A DNA stretch of 63,234 nucleotides, filler included, from Octopus bimaculoides (lineage: Eukaryota): the NCBI RefSeq assembly GCF_001194135.2. It is 5 parts of 4 records of this genome, joined end to end, with 100 filler letters (N's around TTAATTAATTAA, not from the genome) between each part and the next. Parts side by side here need not be neighbours in the genome. Positions count along the whole stretch, not along the records: positions 50,862 to 60,640 come from NC_068987.1; positions 60,741 to 63,234 come from NC_069004.1; 3 more parts are not named here. One strand, written 5' to 3'. Positions within the stretch are counted from its first letter, which is position 1; every line of letters starts with the position of its first letter. The translations under genes were made by a program, and so were the position numbers. Positions 59,667 to 63,234 of this stretch are shown piece after piece. The notes under the pieces were generated by a model. It worked only from the letters and a program-made list of their open reading frames with translations, was not told the origin of the DNA and made no database searches.

Positions 59667-59989
59667 AACTAAACAATTATCTTCTGCATGGATTGCCTTC
59701 TGCTAATTTCACACAAGTACACGCACACAGCGACTTGCTCTCACGGACACACACACATTTTATATATAATCATCATAGGTTTCAATAGGTTTTACCATCT
59801 GGAATATTTCATGTCGTGTAAAAATATAAAAATTATTTTATGACACGAACAGATATAGAAGTCGTTGTTGAGGATATATTTTTTTATTCATACATAACTT
59901 CAAAGGTAGAATATGTTTAATTCCACAAAATTAACTATGCGTATAACTCTTCGATGCGTACACGTATACACACATTTACATTTGTGTGG

Positions 59990-60031
59990 TTGTATATATG
60001 CGTGTATACGTATGTATATATATATATATGT

Positions 60032-60062
<31 letters not shown>

Positions 60063-60606
60063 CGTGCGTGTGTTTGTGTGTTTGTGCATATATGAATGAT
60101 ATATATAATTTGCATTTACACATGTATGTATATATACATATGTGAGTATATAAGTATATGTAAGTATATATTATTTGCATATATATATAAATGTGTGTGC
60201 GTATATGGGTTTGGGAATTTAGCTGATAGGAATGAAATAAGATGGTTTGCAGCTAGATAGAAATGAAAATAGAGCTGCTGATTTTACGACGATAAACGTT
60301 TGAGGAAGAAAAGTTGGGAGAAGGCAAAGGAATCGCATAGAATAACAACCTAATATAAACGAAAGAAGTTTCAAAGAATTCTATGCAAGGAAAGAAAACG
60401 AAATTGCTCTGAATCTTTATTTCACAAATATAGAAGATATAAGGAACTGATTACAGTTGTACCCATATAACAAAATTGGTTCTGGCATCATTCTATGTAA
60501 TCCTTCACAGCTACTCCATAATTTACGAAGCAATATATTTCCGTTAACGTCATCACCAATATATATATATCTGGTATAATATATTGTTATTTTATTTAGT
60601 ACATAA

Positions 60607-60640
<34 letters not shown>

Positions 60641-60740
60641 NNNNNNNNNNNNNNNNNNNNNNNNNNNNNNNNNNNNNNNNNNNNTTAATTAATTAANNNN
60701 NNNNNNNNNNNNNNNNNNNNNNNNNNNNNNNNNNNNNNNN

Positions 60741-60786
<46 letters not shown>

Positions 60787-61243
60787 TAGACTCACAGAGA
60801 CAGATACACTAACACACTGTATGAAAGATAAATGGACACGTAGCTAGACATGCATATATGTATGTATGAATGTGTGAATGTATGTATGTATGTAACTGTT
60901 TTTGTATGTATATAGGGACATATATACACACATACATTGTATGCATTCGATTATTTCGTGATTAAATTTTATCAGTATTCATTTGTGTAACTATCTAAGA
61001 ACATACACTTGAAGCACATGTGTCCACGGTCTCCACAGGCCGCATGTGCATATGTGTATGGATGTAGGTGCACATGTATGATTGTAGATTGTATACAAAT
61101 GTATGTTTGTGTATATGTATGTATACATGTTTTCTGAACACACACATACACACATACACACACACATACACACACATACACACACACACACACACACATA
61201 TACATATATATATATATTATATTATATATATAATATATATGTG

Positions 61244-61285
<42 letters not shown>

Positions 61286-61583
61286 NNNNNNNNNNNNNNN
61301 NNNNNNNNNNNNNNNNNNNNNNNNNNNNNNNNNNNNNNNNNNNNNNNNNNNNNNNNNNNNNNNNNNNNNNNNNNNNNNNNNNNNNNNNNNNNNNNNNNNN
61401 NNNNNNNNNNNNNNNNNNNNNNNNNNNNNNNNNNNNNNNNNNNNNNNNNNNNNNNNNNNNNNNNNNNNNNNNNNNNNNNNNNNNNNNNNNNNNNNNNNNN
61501 NNNNNNNNNNNNNNNNNNNNNNNNNNNNNNNNNNNNNTATATATATATATATATACCTATATATATATTTATATGCATATATG

Positions 61584-61614
<31 letters not shown>

Positions 61615-62291
61615 ATGTGTGTGTGTGTGTGTGTGTGTAAGTATACATACAGACTCACACACGCACACTCACAAACACAAACTCTCGTAGCAACACACAG
61701 ACACTTATATTTACATAAATATATATAGTTAGATATAAATAAAAGTACATAATTACATAGATAAATATATATATTTATATATATAACTATATGTATGTAT
61801 ATATATATCTATATATGTATATACATGTATCTACGCACACATTCATACGTATAAATATATAAGTATATTATATATATATATATATATGGATGGATGAATG
61901 AACTGATGGATGGATGGATGGATGGATGGATGGATGGATGGATGGATGGATGGATGGGTGGGTTTATGGATGGATATGTAACACAAGTTCACAGTCAGCT
62001 CTTAAATGATTTCGCCTCGGGCTCTTCTCTGAACGACGGTCGTGAACCCAGCCGGAGGCGAAGTCAGACTTGACTGTCAACTGTTGATATTATATATACA
62101 TATATACAAGAAGCATACATACATTTGTGTGTGTGTGTGTGTATTTATGTGTGTGTATTTATGTGTTTGTGTGTGTTTGTGTGTTCAACGTAAAATACAT
62201 TTTCATTATATTCAACGATTATCATACGATGCATTCAAATGTATCCAACGTACACGTACATTTACACAAGCACATACGCACACACACACAT

Positions 62292-62389
<98 letters not shown>

Positions 62390-62472
62390 GAAAACACCAA
62401 AACACACATACTCTCATGCACGTATAAAACACACACTCCAGTGTATATTGAGAGATAGACACATTGATAGAC

Positions 62473-62511
<39 letters not shown>

Positions 62512-62594
62512 CACTGACAGATAGACAGACAGACAGATAGATAAATAGATAGATAGGTAGAGAGAAAATTAGAGACAGGCAAATACATGTGTGT

Positions 62595-62649
<55 letters not shown>

Positions 62650-63197
62650 NNNNNNNNNNTTCAATGGATAGGAAATGTTAAGAAACTGTGAAAATCAACT
62701 GTTACTATGTGTCATCAAAAAATCATTCTCGTTGATTGCTTCCAGACAAATTTATGTGAAATGTTGATAGCGAGTGGAGGGGGGGGGAATACAAGAGTGG
62801 AAGGAGGGAAGGAAGGAAGAACAAGTTTTCATTTGTATTAAACACGTAATTGCGATAAATAATCAATTAGTTCTTTAGAGACATGCTTACATATGCAGAT
62901 TACAAACAAGCCTTTTGCGTTTACACAAGCATAGACTTATACATAGACATTTACAATTGTATGCACACACACACATACATACAAACATGTGTGTGTCTCC
63001 ATATGCATGTATATATATATAACAGATAGATATAAACATAGATAGATAGATAGATAGATAGATAGACAGATAGATAGATAGATAAGATTCTTTATTAGCC
63101 ACAAAGGGCCGAAAACAAGTGGACAAAATACAATGTAGAGCTTTTCTTTTTGAGATTAATAGATAGATATTAATTTATATATATATATATATGTATG

Positions 63198-63234
<37 letters not shown>
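59990..63234. repeat. Microsatellite-rich tract: (TA)n, (CA)n, (GGAT)n, (GATA)n
   Basis: Directly visible. It accounts for the spurious YI/HT/CV ORFs. Confidence 0.9.

Noticed and set aside
59900-63126. Numerous YI, HT, CV and LSIY-repeat ORFs (also at 12975-13380, 15154-17187, 29389-29745)
   Set aside because: Translations of dinucleotide and tetranucleotide microsatellites and N runs.

Overview
Eukaryotic, AT-rich, repeat-dense draft-assembly sequence with many N gaps, most likely from an octopus. That assignment is an inference from the SINE families, the (TA)n/(CA)n/(TACA)n load and the short KRAB-less C2H2 genes. The only convincing host genes are two tandem, same-strand C2H2 zinc-finger paralogues with uninterrupted ORFs: 36256-37587 (13 intact plus 2 degenerate fingers) and 46256-47317 (10 intact plus 1 degenerate). 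They share an N-terminus (MENV..DT.N..VFN) and a ~65-bp upstream block. Nearly everything else is mobile DNA: Tc1/mariner, hAT, piggyBac-type and Merlin-type DNA elements; RTE, RLE-type, Penelope-like and LTR retroelement remnants; and several short retroposon families that I label A-E for convenience. The most interesting signal is a candidate non-autonomous retroposon system. Three copies of an ORF1-only 'half-LINE' are present, and one of them shows ORF1 running to the 3' tail with no ORF2 in ungapped sequence. Its 3' tail is shared with a subset of SINE-B copies, and tail-bearing elements repeatedly abut the interior of tRNA-derived SINE heads. Other notable items are a retrozyme-like 357-bp tandem unit with a minimal hammerhead motif, a Merlin-type MITE built from head-to-head TTAGGG arrays, and an RLE-type LINE end bounded by (TACA)n. 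No database searches were run; family names come from motif recognition, and SINE/LINE remnant boundaries are approximate.
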